NCBI GenBank assembly: GCA_041396665.1
Contig: JAWKYE010000014.1
Coordinates: 102,189-166,188, forward strand
Direction: 5' to 3'
From: Burkholderiaceae bacterium
GTDB taxonomy: Bacteria > Pseudomonadota > Gammaproteobacteria > Burkholderiales > Burkholderiaceae_E
Length of the DNA: 64,000 bases
The position numbers were made by a program, and so were the translations under genes. The stretch's first letter is position 1, and every line of letters starts with the position of its first letter. Positions 51,405 to 63,199 of the stretch are shown in pieces. The notes under the pieces were generated by a model. That model ran no database searches and had not been told where the DNA came from. It saw only the letters and a program-made list of their open reading frames with translations.

Positions 51405-52136
51405 CACGCCCAGCAACGATTGCTGCAGGTCGCGGTCGGCGGCCAACGCCTCGGCCGGCATGATCCGGTTGACCCGCCCGTTGACCATGATCGCGACCTG
51501 CTCGGACACGGCCGTGGCCACCCCGATGTTCTGCTCGATCACGAGCACGTCGATGTCCCCTTCCTCGCCCAGTCGGTGCAGGATGTCGGCCACCTGCGCA
51601 ACGATCACCGGCGCCAGGCCCTCGGTCGGCTCGTCCATCACGAGCAGCCGGGGGTTCATCAGCAGGGCCCGCGAAATCGCCAGCATCTGTTGCTCGCCGC
51701 CCGACAACTGCGCACCGCCGTTGCCGCGCCGTTCGGCCAGCCGCGGAAACGTGCTGTAGATGCGGTCTATCGTCCACGCACCCTCGCGGGTGGCCACCAT
51801 GCGCAGGTGCTCGTCGACGGTCAGCGAGCGCCAGAGCCGCCGGCCCTGGGGCACGTAGCCAACGCCCAGCAGCGCGACCTCGGCCGGCGCCAGGCCGACC
51901 AGGTTGCGCCCGTGCAAACGGATACTGCCCCCGGCCACCGGCTCCAGGCCCATGATCGCCTTGCACAACGACGTCTTGCCCATGCCGTTGCGGCCCACCA
52001 CGGACAGCACGCCGTGATCGAGCGTCAGGTTCACCCCCTGCAATGCGTGCGACGCACCGTAATACAGGTTCAGGTCGCGGATCTCGAGCGCCGCCGCGGC
52101 GCGGTCGCGTGGGCCCGGGGTGCGGGATTCAGCCAT
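51405..52136 (-). CDS. livF: Branched-chain amino acid ABC transporter ATP-binding protein (LivF-like) with no stop codon; reads in frame into the UPF0261 gene
   Basis: Walker [10 protein letters not shown], signature LSGGEQQML, Walker [14 protein letters not shown]. Ends …[15 protein letters not shown] (equivalent to the E. coli LivF C-terminus …AYLGG), but translation continues for about 80 codons into the UPF0261 N-terminus without a stop. Confidence 0.7.
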
Positions 52137-52931
52137 GGGTGAAGCCCCCGCCAAGATACAGCGCCTGGACCTGCGGGTCCGATTCGATCTCGGCCGGCTT
52201 GCCTTCCTTGAAGATACGGCCGTTGTGCATCATCGTGACACTCTCGGACACCCGCAGCGCGACATCCATGTCGTGCTCGATGACGATGTAGCCGATGTGC
52301 TCGGGCAGCCCGTTCAGGATGCCGACCAGTTCGCGCCGTTCGGTCGGCGACAGGCCCGCCGCCGGCTCGTCGAACAGGATGAAGCGCGGGGCGCCGGCCA
52401 GCGCCAGCGCGATCTCGAGCTGGCGCTGCTGGCCATATGACAACTGTGACACCGGCAGCTCGCGCACATCGCCCAGGTGCACCGCGTCGGCCAGGTCGCG
52501 CGCCGACTGCATCAGCGAGTCGTGCTGACGCGGCCGGATCATCGAGAAGCGCGCCCGCGACACCCCCGGCAGGCCAGGTAGACGTTGTCGATCACGCTCA
52601 GGCCGCCAAACAGCAGCGAGATCTGGTAGGTGCGCCGCAAGCCGCGACGGATCCGCTCGTGCGCCGGAAATGTCGTGACATCCTCGCCGAACAGCCGGAT
52701 GACGCCCGAAGTGGGCAGGAAGTCGCCGGTCACGCAATTGAACAACGTGGTCTTGCCAGCGCCGTTGCTGCCCAGCACCGCGCGGCGCTCGCCCGGGCGC
52801 ACGCTCATCGTGATGTCGGACAGCGCCGCCAGCGCACCGAAGTAGCGGCTGACCCCGCGCAGTTCGAGCGCGTTGCCGCTGCCGGCCAGCGGGGCTGCCC
52901 GGTCGGCCGGGGTATCGGCTCCCGGACTCAT
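52129..52931 (-). pseudogene. livG: Branched-chain amino acid ABC transporter ATP-binding protein (LivG-like) with one frameshift
   Basis: N-terminal half MSPGADTP…LELRGVSRYFGALAALSDITMSVRPGERRAVLGSNGAGKTTLFN… (52539..52991 frame) stops after …NVYLACRG. The gene continues as …ARFSMIRPRQHDSLMQ…LSYGQQRQLEIALALAGAPRFILFDEPAAGL… (52129..52737 frame). Confidence 0.7.
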
Positions 52932-54004
52932 GGCCCCCCCACCTTGCCGGCCAGCGGATCTTCGCGGCGGCGCTCGCGAAACCGCTGCCACAAGCCGAGT
53001 ACCCCGTCGGGCGACCAGAACACGATCACCAGGAAACCGAGCCCGATCAACAACTGGAATCGCTCACCGGCCAGGCCCATCGCGACCAGCGCATCCAGCG
53101 CGAAGGTGCGCAGCAGCACGTAGATCAGGGCGCCGATGAAGGGCCCGATCGGGTGGCGCAGCCCGCCGACCACGGCGATCACCAACAGGTCGATGACCAC
53201 GTTGATGCCCGCGGTGCCCGGCGACACCTGGCCGTTGAGCCAGACCAGCAACACACCGCCTAGCGCGGCGATGAAACTGGCGAACGCGTAGGCCGCGATC
53301 CGGTGCGCGGTGACATTGAAGCCCAGCGCCTCCATGCGCCGCGCATTGTCGCGCACGCCCTGCAGCGCCAGGCCGAACGGCGAGCGCGCCACATACAACA
53401 CCGTGGCGTAGGACAACGCGGCGAAGAACAGGCTCAGGTAGTAGAACGGCTTGGGGCCGCGCCAGTCGACGCCGAACAACGGCGGCGGGGCGATGCCGTT
53501 GAAGCCCGAGAACCCGTTGAAGATCACGTAGTTCTGGCGGGTGAAGTAAAAAAAAGCCGATGCGATCGCCAGCGTGATCATGATCGTGTAAATGCCCTCG
53601 GTGCGCACCGCCAGCGCTCCGACCAGCGTACCGAACACGGTGGCCACCCCGATCGCCAGCGGCAGCGCCACCCACCAGGGCCAGCCCAGGCTGATCGTGG
53701 TGATCGCGCTGTTGCCAAAGATCGCCACCAGGTAGGCGGCCAGCGCCGCCACGCTCATCTGCGCCAGGCTGACCATTCCCCCATAGCCGGCCAGGAACAT
53801 CAGGCTCAATGCGATCATGCCCAGCACGAACGCCCAGCCGAAGATCTGGTAAAGCACGAAGTCGTTGGCCAGCACCGGCATGAACAACAACACGATCGCC
53901 AGCGGCCAGTAGGCCGGCGGCACCTTCATGAACGCCGAGATCTGCCTGTCGTAGGGATTGCGCACCAGGAAGCCGTCGCGGCCCGGATCGACGTTCGCAG
54001 CCAT
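52928..54004 (-). CDS. livM: Branched-chain amino acid ABC transporter permease (LivM-like)
   Basis: 358 aa, multi-TM, intact. Confidence 0.85.
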   Translation of the reverse strand: MAANVDPGRDGFLVRNPYDRQISAFMKVPPAYWPLAIVLLFMPVLANDFVLYQIFGWAFVLGMIALSLMFLAGYGGMVSLAQMSVAALAAYLVAIFGNSAITTISLGWPWWVALPLAIGVATVFGTLVGALAVRTEGIYTIMITLAIASAFFYFTRQNYVIFNGFSGFNGIAPPPLFGVDWRGPKPFYYLSLFFAALSYATVLYVARSPFGLALQGVRDNARRMEALGFNVTAHRIAAYAFASFIAALGGVLLVWLNGQVSPGTAGINVVIDLLVIAVVGGLRHPIGPFIGALIYVLLRTFALDALVAMGLAGERFQLLIGLGFLVIVFWSPDGVLGLWQRFRERRREDPLAGKVGGP

Positions 54005-54005
54005 G

Positions 54006-55061
54006 CTAGCGGCCCTGCCCCATCAAGCCCTGGGGCCGGAAGGCTAGTACGACGACCATGATCAGGAAGGTCAGCACGACCGCGTAGGTGGGCATGTAGA
54101 CCGAGCCGAACTGCTCGGCCAGGCCGATCAGCAACGCGCCCAGCGCGGCACCGGGAATGGAGCCCATGCCGCCGACGATCACGACGACCAGCGACGCCAG
54201 CAGAAAGCGCGTGTCCTCGCCGGGCGCCAGCGACTGGAAGGTGCCCCCGACCACGCCCGCCATGCCGGCCAGGCCGGCGCCCAGCGCGAACACCAGCACG
54301 AACACCCGCTGGATGCGCACGCCCGAAGCCGCGAGCATGTCCCGATCGTCGACACCGGCCCGCACCAGCATGCCGACGCGGGTTTTATTCATCGCCATCC
54401 ACATCAGGATGCCGATGACCACCGAGGCGATGAAGATGACGATGCGCACCATCGGGTAGCGCAGGTAGACGAATTCGCCGCTGCTCTTGACCGCCGTCAC
54501 CAGCGGCAGCGTCATCGGCCCTGACAACCAGGCCGGCGTCTGGATCTGGTAAAAGTCGCCGCCAAAGCCCCAGAGCATCAGGTCGGCAGCGACGATCGAG
54601 ATGCCTATCGTGACCAGCGTCTGGCGCAGGTCCTGGCCTTCCATCTTGCGAAACACCAGCACCTGCAGCAACACCCCCAACGCCCCGGTGACGACAAAGG
54701 CCGCGAGAAACGCCGGCAACCACCAGCCGGTGGCCTCGGCCACCGTGTAACCGACATAGCCGCCAAAAAGGTACAGCGAGCCGTGCGCCAGGTTGACGTT
54801 CTGCATCAGTCCGAAGATCAGCGTGAAGCCGCTGGCCACCAGAAAGTACAACCCGCCCAACGTGATGCCGTTGAACAACGCGCTCAGGAAGACCTTCTTG
54901 CGACCCAGCAGGTCGTCGAGCCAGTCGGGCCAGGGCGCGAACACCGCCCACAGCAACAGCCCCGCCAGCACGAGCAGCAACAGCGACCAGGCCGGGTGGC
55001 GCTGCACGAAGCGGCTCACCGGCCCCCCGTCGGGCATTGCCGGGCGGACCCTGCGGTCCAC
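54006..55061 (-). CDS. livH: Branched-chain amino acid ABC transporter permease (LivH-like)
   Basis: 351 aa, multi-TM, intact. The start may be at the internal MPDGGP. Confidence 0.85.
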   Translation of the reverse strand: MDRRVRPAMPDGGPVSRFVQRHPAWSLLLLVLAGLLLWAVFAPWPDWLDDLLGRKKVFLSALFNGITLGGLYFLVASGFTLIFGLMQNVNLAHGSLYLFGGYVGYTVAEATGWWLPAFLAAFVVTGALGVLLQVLVFRKMEGQDLRQTLVTIGISIVAADLMLWGFGGDFYQIQTPAWLSGPMTLPLVTAVKSSGEFVYLRYPMVRIVIFIASVVIGILMWMAMNKTRVGMLVRAGVDDRDMLAASGVRIQRVFVLVFALGAGLAGMAGVVGGTFQSLAPGEDTRFLLASLVVVIVGGMGSIPGAALGALLIGLAEQFGSVYMPTYAVVLTFLIMVVVLAFRPQGLMGQGR

Positions 55062-55202
55062 CGGCCTCTGGTGTCAGGAAAAATCATTGTCTCCATTGGC
55101 CCCTGCCGGGCCTAAAGCCGGGAGGACCACCGACCAGGCAGCCACCCGCCGCGATCGACTCGCTGGCACGGCCGAGCATAGCAGCGCAGCCGCGCCGCGA
55201 CG

Positions 55203-56081
55203 TTACGCGGAGTCTTGCGCCGGGGCCGAGGCCGCGGACTCCCCTTCGAACCAGTGCGCCACCCGACGGTAGTTCGACGGCGGGATACCGACATTGGACA
55301 CGAAGAACCGGCTGAAACTGGCCTGCGACGAAAATCCCAGGTCCAGTCCTATTGTCGTGATCTGGTCACGACTGCGGGTCAGGCGGGTCAGCGCCCGCTC
55401 CATGCGCAGCGTGTTCAGATACAGGTTGGGGGTCAGGCCCAGGTGCTCGCGAAACAGCTTGAAGAAATGCGGCCGGGACAGCCCGGCCTGGCGCGCGATC
55501 CGCTCGAACAGCAACCGGTCGCCCAGGTTCAGCCCCTCGGCCATCAGGCGCAACGAGCGCGAAATGCGCGAGTCGTGGCCGGCCAGGCGGGCCCCGAGAC
55601 GACTGGTTGGCGCAGGGACCGCGTGCCAGCTCATGTCGAAGCATGCCTCGGTCAGGTCGAAAAGGTCGGTTTCGAAGCGGGCGGTGCTGTCCAGGTCGAG
55701 CATGCCGTCGACGACACGCTCGACCATCAGCCGCGCCTCGTGGGTCAGCCTGATGAACGGCGACCCGAAACGCATCGCCGGCAGCTGCGATTCGCGGCTC
55801 TGCGACTGGAACCACTGCTGGCGAATGTAGAGCACGAGGCACAGCATGCCCGGCTCGAGCGGGTTGACCAGCAGGCTGTGCGCCTGCCACGGATTGACCG
55901 CACCGACGACCGCGCGCGACAGCCGTTGCGCGCGCCCGTCGATCGTGAGCTCGTGGGTGGCGCCGTCGACATAAAAGATCAGGTGCCCTTCCCGGTGCGC
56001 ATGCGGCAGGAAATCACGGTCGACACTGTAGACCGTAGCCCGGCCGAAGGCGCCATGGAAAGCGGCGATCGCTCTGCTCAT
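55203..56081 (-). CDS. AraC-family transcriptional regulator
   Basis: N-terminal cupin-like sensing domain and a C-terminal HTH (…IARQAGLSRPHFFKLFREHLGLTPNLYLNTLRMERALTRL…GFSSQASFSRFF…). Confidence 0.8.
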   Translation of the reverse strand: MSRAIAAFHGAFGRATVYSVDRDFLPHAHREGHLIFYVDGATHELTIDGRAQRLSRAVVGAVNPWQAHSLLVNPLEPGMLCLVLYIRQQWFQSQSRESQLPAMRFGSPFIRLTHEARLMVERVVDGMLDLDSTARFETDLFDLTEACFDMSWHAVPAPTSRLGARLAGHDSRISRSLRLMAEGLNLGDRLLFERIARQAGLSRPHFFKLFREHLGLTPNLYLNTLRMERALTRLTRSRDQITTIGLDLGFSSQASFSRFFVSNVGIPPSNYRRVAHWFEGESAASAPAQDSA

Positions 56082-56322
56082 TGCTGTTACAGCCTCCGCG
56101 GTGCCGTCGTCGGACGGCCGTCTCCTCTCGGAGCATCCTATCCGAATTGCGGGCGCGATGTCTCGCCTTGCGGATCGGAAGGCGATCCGGACGCGGATGC
56201 TGCATAGCAATAAAACGGCCGGGATCAGGCTCGATCAATCAGCAGTTCTTTCCGCGCGGGCCTTACACGAAAAGAAACAGCCGGGCCATCGGCCCGGCTG
56301 CTGCACCGCAAAAACCCAATGT

Positions 56323-57582
56323 TCAGTACGAGGTCTTGCACTCGGGGGCATCGCGGCTGGGCAGGCCCAGCCTGGCGAAGCTCTCGGGCGACAGGCCCAG
56401 CGTCTGGTTGACGTTCTCCTTCATGCTGACCAGCTTGGTCGCCAGCGACCCATCGGGCAGTTCCACCACCTCGGACACGAAACTGGTGCCGATCGCCTGG
56501 CGGTTCTTGTCCAGCCGGAACTTGCCATTGGGCGCATCGAGCACCAGGTTCTTGAGCCCCTCGCGGAACTTCTTGTGGCCATCGGACAGATCACCGTTGA
56601 TCTGGTTCAGTACCGTGATCGCGGCCAGCGTCGCGTTGTGATAATTGGTCGCGAGCAGCGACGGCGTCGGGAAACGCTGGTCGGGCGGGAAAGCGTCCTG
56701 GTAGGCCTTGACGTAGGCCTTCCATTTCGGATTGTCCCAGTTGTCGGCCTGCGCGCCGGACGACGGCACCCCGATGAGCGCCTTCTTGGCATCGCCCTTG
56801 GCATTGAGCACGGTGCCATCGACCATGATCGTGCCACCGACCAGCTTGGCATTGCCGCCCGCCTGCTGGTACTGGTTCAGGAAGTTGACCGCATCGCCGC
56901 CCCCCAGGCCCAGGTAGATCGCATCGACATCGTCAGGCAGCGCCGCGATGATCGAGGCAAAGTCCTTGGTGCCCAGCGGCACCCAGAAGCGCTCGCTGAC
57001 CTTGCCGCCTGCCGCGCAGTACTCGGTGAGCAGCCCGAAGACCTGGGTGTAGATGAACGAGTAGTCGTCGCCGACGGTGGCGATGTTCTTGTAACCCTTG
57101 GTCTTGTAGATGTAGTCGCCCAGGCCCTGTGACCACTGCGCGCCATCCATATTCCAGCGGAAGTAATTCTCGCTGGGGGTCACGAACGTGGTTTCCAAGG
57201 CGCCCGAGGCGTCGTCCAGGAAGGTCATCTGGGGCTGGGTCTTGGCATAGTCACGGATCGCGATGCCCTCGGAACCGGACAGCGGCCCGATGACCAGGTC
57301 GACCTTGTCCTGCTCGACCAGCTTGCGCGCGGCGCGCACCGCCGAGTCGGGGCTGGCATCGGTTGCCGCGTAGATCACCTCGACCTCGCGCCCGCCCGCC
57401 TTGCCTCCGGCCGTCTTCAGCGCGGTCTTGAAACCGCGCACGCCATCTTCGCCCAGCACCGTGTAAGTGCCTTCCAGCGTGGCCATCACACCGATCTTGA
57501 GTTTCTCCGCAGCCAATGCCGAACTGCTGGCCGCCACCGCGAACACGGCCGCCGCCGCGGTCGAAATCAGTCTCTTGTTCAT
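56323..57582 (-). CDS. Branched-chain amino acid ABC transporter substrate-binding protein (LivK/LivJ-like)
   Basis: Signal peptide MNKRLISTAAAAVFAVAASSSALA. Peripla_BP_6-like sequence. Strong AAGGAGA ribosome-binding site 8 nt upstream. Confidence 0.85.
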   Translation of the reverse strand: MNKRLISTAAAAVFAVAASSSALAAEKLKIGVMATLEGTYTVLGEDGVRGFKTALKTAGGKAGGREVEVIYAATDASPDSAVRAARKLVEQDKVDLVIGPLSGSEGIAIRDYAKTQPQMTFLDDASGALETTFVTPSENYFRWNMDGAQWSQGLGDYIYKTKGYKNIATVGDDYSFIYTQVFGLLTEYCAAGGKVSERFWVPLGTKDFASIIAALPDDVDAIYLGLGGGDAVNFLNQYQQAGGNAKLVGGTIMVDGTVLNAKGDAKKALIGVPSSGAQADNWDNPKWKAYVKAYQDAFPPDQRFPTPSLLATNYHNATLAAITVLNQINGDLSDGHKKFREGLKNLVLDAPNGKFRLDKNRQAIGTSFVSEVVELPDGSLATKLVSMKENVNQTLGLSPESFARLGLPSRDAPECKTSY

Positions 57583-57821
57583 GAATTCGTCTCCTTGGAA
57601 TGCTGCGATCCGGCGGGCAAGGGCCCACCGCCCGACACTTGGCATCGCCTCGCCGGGAACCGGCGCCGATGTCTCGGATCAGTATAGAACGGCTGTCCGG
57701 CTGCGGGCCGCTCCGGACATGCCGAAGGGTGTGCTGACATACCCGAGCGTCTGATTCGATGCCGACCGGCCAACCGGGTTCTGTCCAAGACCCCGGTGAC
57801 CGCCGCGATCGGACCCAACCA

Positions 57822-58109
57822 TCACTTGAAACGGGAACTGGCCGCCTTCATCGCGTTGCCCATCGCCTCCCAGGCGCTTTCCATGCCGACCCGCAGGTCG
57901 CGCCAGGCATCATCGCTGGCCGCCCGGAACTCGGCCATCTTCGCCAGCCCGTCCTGTTGCAGTTTTTGCAAGTGGTCGATCTGCTTCTGGTACTCGACAC
58001 GCGCATCGGCCTGCGCACCGGCCGCCTTGGCCTTGAGTTTCTCCATCTCCGCATGCCATTGATCCATCTGGGCCTGCATGGTCTTCTCGAACGATTCCTT
58101 GCTGTTCAT
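57822..58109 (-). CDS. Small coiled-coil protein of unknown function
   Basis: 95 aa (MNSKESFEKTMQAQMDQWHAEMEKLKAKAAGAQADARVEYQKQIDHLQKLQQ…). GAGGGAG ribosome-binding site. Confidence 0.5.
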   Translation of the reverse strand: MNSKESFEKTMQAQMDQWHAEMEKLKAKAAGAQADARVEYQKQIDHLQKLQQDGLAKMAEFRAASDDAWRDLRVGMESAWEAMGNAMKAASSRFK

Positions 58110-58234
58110 GTCGGTGACTCCCTCTGTCGGACATCAGATAAAGACTGCGATCTGCCATCAGCTTAGCCCCAATATCGCGATAAAGGAAAGCGACGGGCTG
58201 CTATGGGCCGCAGCAGACCGCCTGAGACGGGAAG

Positions 58235-58600
58235 TCAGCGCGCTTTCGCCGACGCCTCGAACTGATCCATCGCCTCCTGCACGTGGGTGGCGTACATCAG
58301 CGCGGGACCTCCACCCATCAACACCGCGACCCCTAGCGCGTCGACGATCTCGGCGCGGCTGGCGCCCGCGTGCAACGCGTCATGGGTGTGGAATGCGATG
58401 CAGCCGTCGCAACGCGCCGACACGGCGATCGCCAGCGCGATCAGTTCCTTGGTCTTGGCGTCGAGCGCGCCGCTGCCGACCGCCGCAACGTGCAGCGCGT
58501 TAAAGCCCGACATCATCGACGGCGCGGCCTGCGCCAGGGTCTTGAGTTGGCCCTGGATATGCGCCAGTTGTTCCGGGTAGTTCTTGTTGGGGGCAGTCAT
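58235..58600 (-). CDS. Carboxymuconolactone decarboxylase / AhpD-like family protein
   Basis: MTAPNKNYPEQLAHIQGQLKTL…ALAIAVSARCDGCIAFH (CxxC…H AhpD core motif). GGAG ribosome-binding site. Confidence 0.7.
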   Translation of the reverse strand: MTAPNKNYPEQLAHIQGQLKTLAQAAPSMMSGFNALHVAAVGSGALDAKTKELIALAIAVSARCDGCIAFHTHDALHAGASRAEIVDALGVAVLMGGGPALMYATHVQEAMDQFEASAKAR

Positions 58601-58697
58601 GTTCGCTCCAATGGCTGGAAAACCCCGATCTTCACCCGCCTCGACGAAACCGGCATTGACCCGCGTCAATCCGACCTTCCTGCATGCCCACCCGGGA

Positions 58698-59894
<1,197 letters not shown>

Positions 59895-60022
59895 CAGGCC
59901 GCCTTCCCGTGCCGGGTATCGGTGTCGATGCGGCCATCGACGAAATGCACGGTGCGCCGGTAGCAGGCGGCCATGTCTATTTTCGTGCGTGACCATGATC
60001 ACCGTGATCTGCCGGCTGCAGT

Positions 60023-60647
60023 TCAGCTCGCTTCAGTCAATTCCATGATCTCGCGACTCATCTTGGTGTCCAGGTTCCCCGTGGGCTCGTCGGCCAGCAG
60101 CACCCGCGGCTCGTGACGATCGCGCGCGCGTCGCCGCGCGCTGCTGCTGGCCGCCGGACAACTCGCCGGGCGAAAGTGGCGCTCGCGGCCGGCCAGCCCG
60201 ACCTGGCGCAGCGCCCGCATTGCCCGCTCGCGCCGTTCGGCCTGGGCCATGCCACGATGCCAGTAGATGAGCGGCAGTTCGACGTTCTCGAGCGCGCTGC
60301 TGCGCGACAACAGATTGAACCCCTGGAAGACGAAACCGAGAAAGTGACGCCGCAACAGCGCCCGCTGGTGCCTGGCCAGCGTGCCAGCGTCGTACCCCTC
60401 GAACAGGTAGCGTCCGCTGCTCGGGGTATCCAGGCAGCCGATCATGTTCATCGCCGTCCGATTTGCCGGCGGACGGACCCATGATCGCGACGAACTCGCC
60501 CGCCTCGATGCGCAGGTCCACCCGGTCAGCGCCGCCACCCTGGCCGCGCCGGAGCCGTAGATCTTGGACACCTGCTCAGTTGGATCAGCGACGGCGTGGC
60601 CGGCTGCACCGGGACCGGCGCCCGGTCAACGGCTTGCAGCCGGCTCA
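60023..60647 (-). pseudogene. ABC efflux ATP-binding protein (MacB ATPase / LolD-like), at least four frameshifts
   Basis: …LIQL / EQVSKIYGSGAARVAALTG / DLRIEAGEFVAIMGPS / TAMNMIGCLDTPSSGRYLFEG…VFQGFNLL…ALENVELPL / PGELSGGQQQRAA / LLADEPTGNLDTKMSREIMEL are spread over three frames. Confidence 0.65.
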
Positions 60648-60659
60648 TCGATGATCACC

Positions 60660-61920
60660 TGCTGACCCGTCTGCAACGCGCCCGAGACCACTTGCGAGCG
60701 ACGACCATCCGCGGTTGCCCCGACCTTCACCGGCACGGCCACCGGGCTGGCGTCGCGCAGGATCCACACCTGGCGATCGGTTCCCGTTTATTGGGTTCGG
60801 GCTGGCGGCACGCAGCTCTCGGCATACCCGGCAATAGTTTCTTGAAAAACTTTGCGATCATCCTCGGCAGAGCCGTTCGGCGCGGGGCTGAAACGCAGGG
60901 CCTCGTTGGAAACCCGGTGAGCACGTCGTTGCGCTCGAGCACCGTTATCTCGGCAGTTGCGGTCATGCCTGGGCGCAGCAACAGGTCCTGGTTGTCGGTG
61001 TCCAGCACCGCCTTGTAGGTCACCACGCCCTGCACCACTTGCGAACCGTAGCGCAACGTGCGGATGCGTGCATTGAAACAGCGATCAGCAAACGCATCCA
61101 CGGTGAAGACGGCCTGCTGGCCCTCTTTGACCGGCCGATGTCGGCCTCGTCCACGATCGACCCGCACTTCCATCCGGCCAAGGTCTTCGGCAATGGTGAA
61201 CAGCACCGGTGCCTGCAACGACCTTGAGGCCACCACCTGGCCCGGTTCGACGTTCGATCGAGCACCACACCGTCGATCGGCGAACAGATACAGGCCTTGG
61301 ACAGATTGGTCTCGTTGAGCTTCAGTTCGGCCTGCGCCGCCTCGAGGTCGGCGCGCGCGCGAGCTGCCGAGGCGATCGCCCAGTCATACCCGGCACGCAA
61401 CGCGCCGATCTCTTGCGAGGACACCAGCCCGCGCTCGGCCAGCACGATCTGTTTGCGAGCCAGCTCGGCCCTTGTCTGGGTCACGGTGGCGGCCGTCGAC
61501 GATGTGCGCGCCGGCCGACTGCACGCGGGCCCTCGAGCTGGCCAGCGTGGCCTCGAGCCGGTCGGTATCGAGTTCGGCCAGCGGCTGACCGCGCGTGACC
61601 CGCGCATTGAAGTCGACCGCCACCGAGCGGATGATGCCGGACAATTCGCTGGACACCTCGACCCGGTTGGTCGGCTCGACCGTGCCGGTCGCGGTGACGA
61701 TCACGACGATGTCGCCATTGGCGGCCGGATCGGTGCGCCACTCGGCCTGGCGCTGCGCGCGGCCGTCACTACCCGCCCACCACCAGATGCCGGTGGTGGC
61801 CATGACCGCCAGCAACGCCAGCGCCAGCCATCGTCGCGCCCGGCGCCTGCGCCGTGCGCCGGGGTCAAGGCCCAGCAGTTGTTCTACATCAGCCGCGGGC
61901 GGCTGGGATGACTCGGCCAT
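60660..61920 (-). pseudogene. HlyD-family membrane fusion protein (MacA-like), at least three frameshifts
   Basis: N-terminal MAESSQ…RWLALALLAVMATTGIWWW…GTVEPTNRVEVSSELSGIIRSVAVDFNARVTRGQPLAELDTDRLEA (61384..62166 frame). …TQTRAELARKQIVLAERGLVSSQEIGALRAGYDWAIASAARARADLEAAQAELKLNETNLSKA…PIDGVVLDRT (61020..61607). …LFTIAEDLGRMEVRVDVDEADIGR…VVQGVVTYKAVLDTDN…LRPGMTATAEITVLERNDVL (60727..61236). Both end coordinates are approximate. Confidence 0.6.
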
Positions 61921-62197
61921 GGGAACGGGAATCCGGGAAGGAGGGGGTGCGCCCGATGGCGCTGTCGATGCACGGGCACCGCTTGAACAACATTCGAAGC
62001 AATGCGCCGGATCAGGGTATCGGGGACCCGTGTCGCGATCCTTGAGCGGGATCAAGCGCGCTGCGGATGGCGCTCGAGTCGTGTCTCGCGCTGGCTTGCA
62101 CCGGTCGCGATCGCAATCCGATTGACGCAACGCAACATCGGGGCGCCGGCATGCCGCTACGATCAAGTCACGTCAAGTCAGCCAAAAGGAAAGAACA

Positions 62198-62514
62198 TGA
62201 ACGACATGGACATGTTGCGCGAAGACCGTCGTCGCCTTGCCGAAGACCTCAAGCTCGTCGTTCGCGACGCCGAGAACATTCTGCGCCACAAGGTCGCCGA
62301 GGCCGAGGAAGGCTACGAGGAAGCGCGCTCCCGTCTCGAGCGCAGCATCGATTCGGCACGCGGCGAATTGCGCAAGATCGAGCGCTCATTGATCGAGAAC
62401 TCGCGCGAGGCGCTGGACAGTACCGAGCAGTACATGCGCCGCCACCCGTGGGAGTCGGTCGGCGCCGGGGTCGGCATCGGCCTGTTGCTCGGCGCCTTGT
62501 TCGCGCGCCGATAG
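62198..62514 (+). CDS. DUF883 (ElaB/YqjD-like) stress-associated membrane-anchored protein
   Basis: MNDMDMLREDRRRLAEDLKLVVRDAENIL…C-terminal TM segment VGAGVGIGLLLGALFARR. AAAGGAAAG ribosome-binding site. Confidence 0.75.
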
Positions 62515-62526
62515 ACGGCATCCCCG

Positions 62527-62892
62527 ATGGGCCTGGAGCAGTCGCTCAAGGGACTGGCCAGCCGCCTGGTCGCGATCGCCGGCACCCGGTTGGAGCTGGC
62601 CGCCGTCGATCTCGAGGACGGGCTGTTGCGCATGGCGATCCTGCTGCTGGCCGGCATCGCCGGCGTGCTGCTGCTCGTCGCCGGCTCGATGTTCGGCGCG
62701 GTGGCCCTGCTGATCTGGCAATGGGACGCGGCCCGGCTGCTGACCGCGTCGTTGATCGGCATCGGCTACGTCGTGGCCGCGGGGGTCATTGCCGGCGTGG
62801 CCTGGCGCAGCTACCGGGATCGCCCGCCATTGCTGCACGCCACGCTTGCCGAATTGCAAGCCGATAGGCGCAGCCTGGGAGAGCACCCGTGA
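62527..62892 (+). CDS. YqjE-like (DUF1469) inner membrane protein
   Basis: 121 aa with two TM segments (ILLLAGIAGVLLLVAGSMFGAVALLIW…). Follows the DUF883 gene as in the E. coli yqjD-yqjE-yqjK arrangement. Confidence 0.65.
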   Translation: MGLEQSLKGLASRLVAIAGTRLELAAVDLEDGLLRMAILLLAGIAGVLLLVAGSMFGAVALLIWQWDAARLLTASLIGIGYVVAAGVIAGVAWRSYRDRPPLLHATLAELQADRRSLGEHP

Positions 62893-63164
62893 TCGCCCGG
62901 CTGGCCCGCCTCGAACAAAGACGACACGCGCTGCGCCTGCAGGCCGACGAGCAGCGCCGCCAGGCGCGGGCACTGTTGCAGCAGGGGCGCGAGGCCACGG
63001 CCCCGACCCAGCTGGCCGGCCAGGTGCTGGGCCGGCTGGGCCGGCATCCGGGTGCGATCGTCGCGGTGGTCGGCCTGCTGGTGGCGTTAGGCCCTGGCAG
63101 GCGCCGTGCGCTGGCCAGGGCGGCATCGGCCGGCCTGGCAGGCCTGCTGGCCAGGCGCCTCTAA
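62889..63164 (+). CDS. YqjK-like small protein
   Basis: 91 aa. Its start overlaps the upstream stop. An Arg/Gln-rich N-terminus and one TM segment. Confidence 0.55.
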   Translation: MIARLARLEQRRHALRLQADEQRRQARALLQQGREATAPTQLAGQVLGRLGRHPGAIVAVVGLLVALGPGRRRALARAASAGLAGLLARRL

Positions 63165-63199
63165 GACCCCGACTGCGCCGGCTGCCTGGCGCGGCGGCA

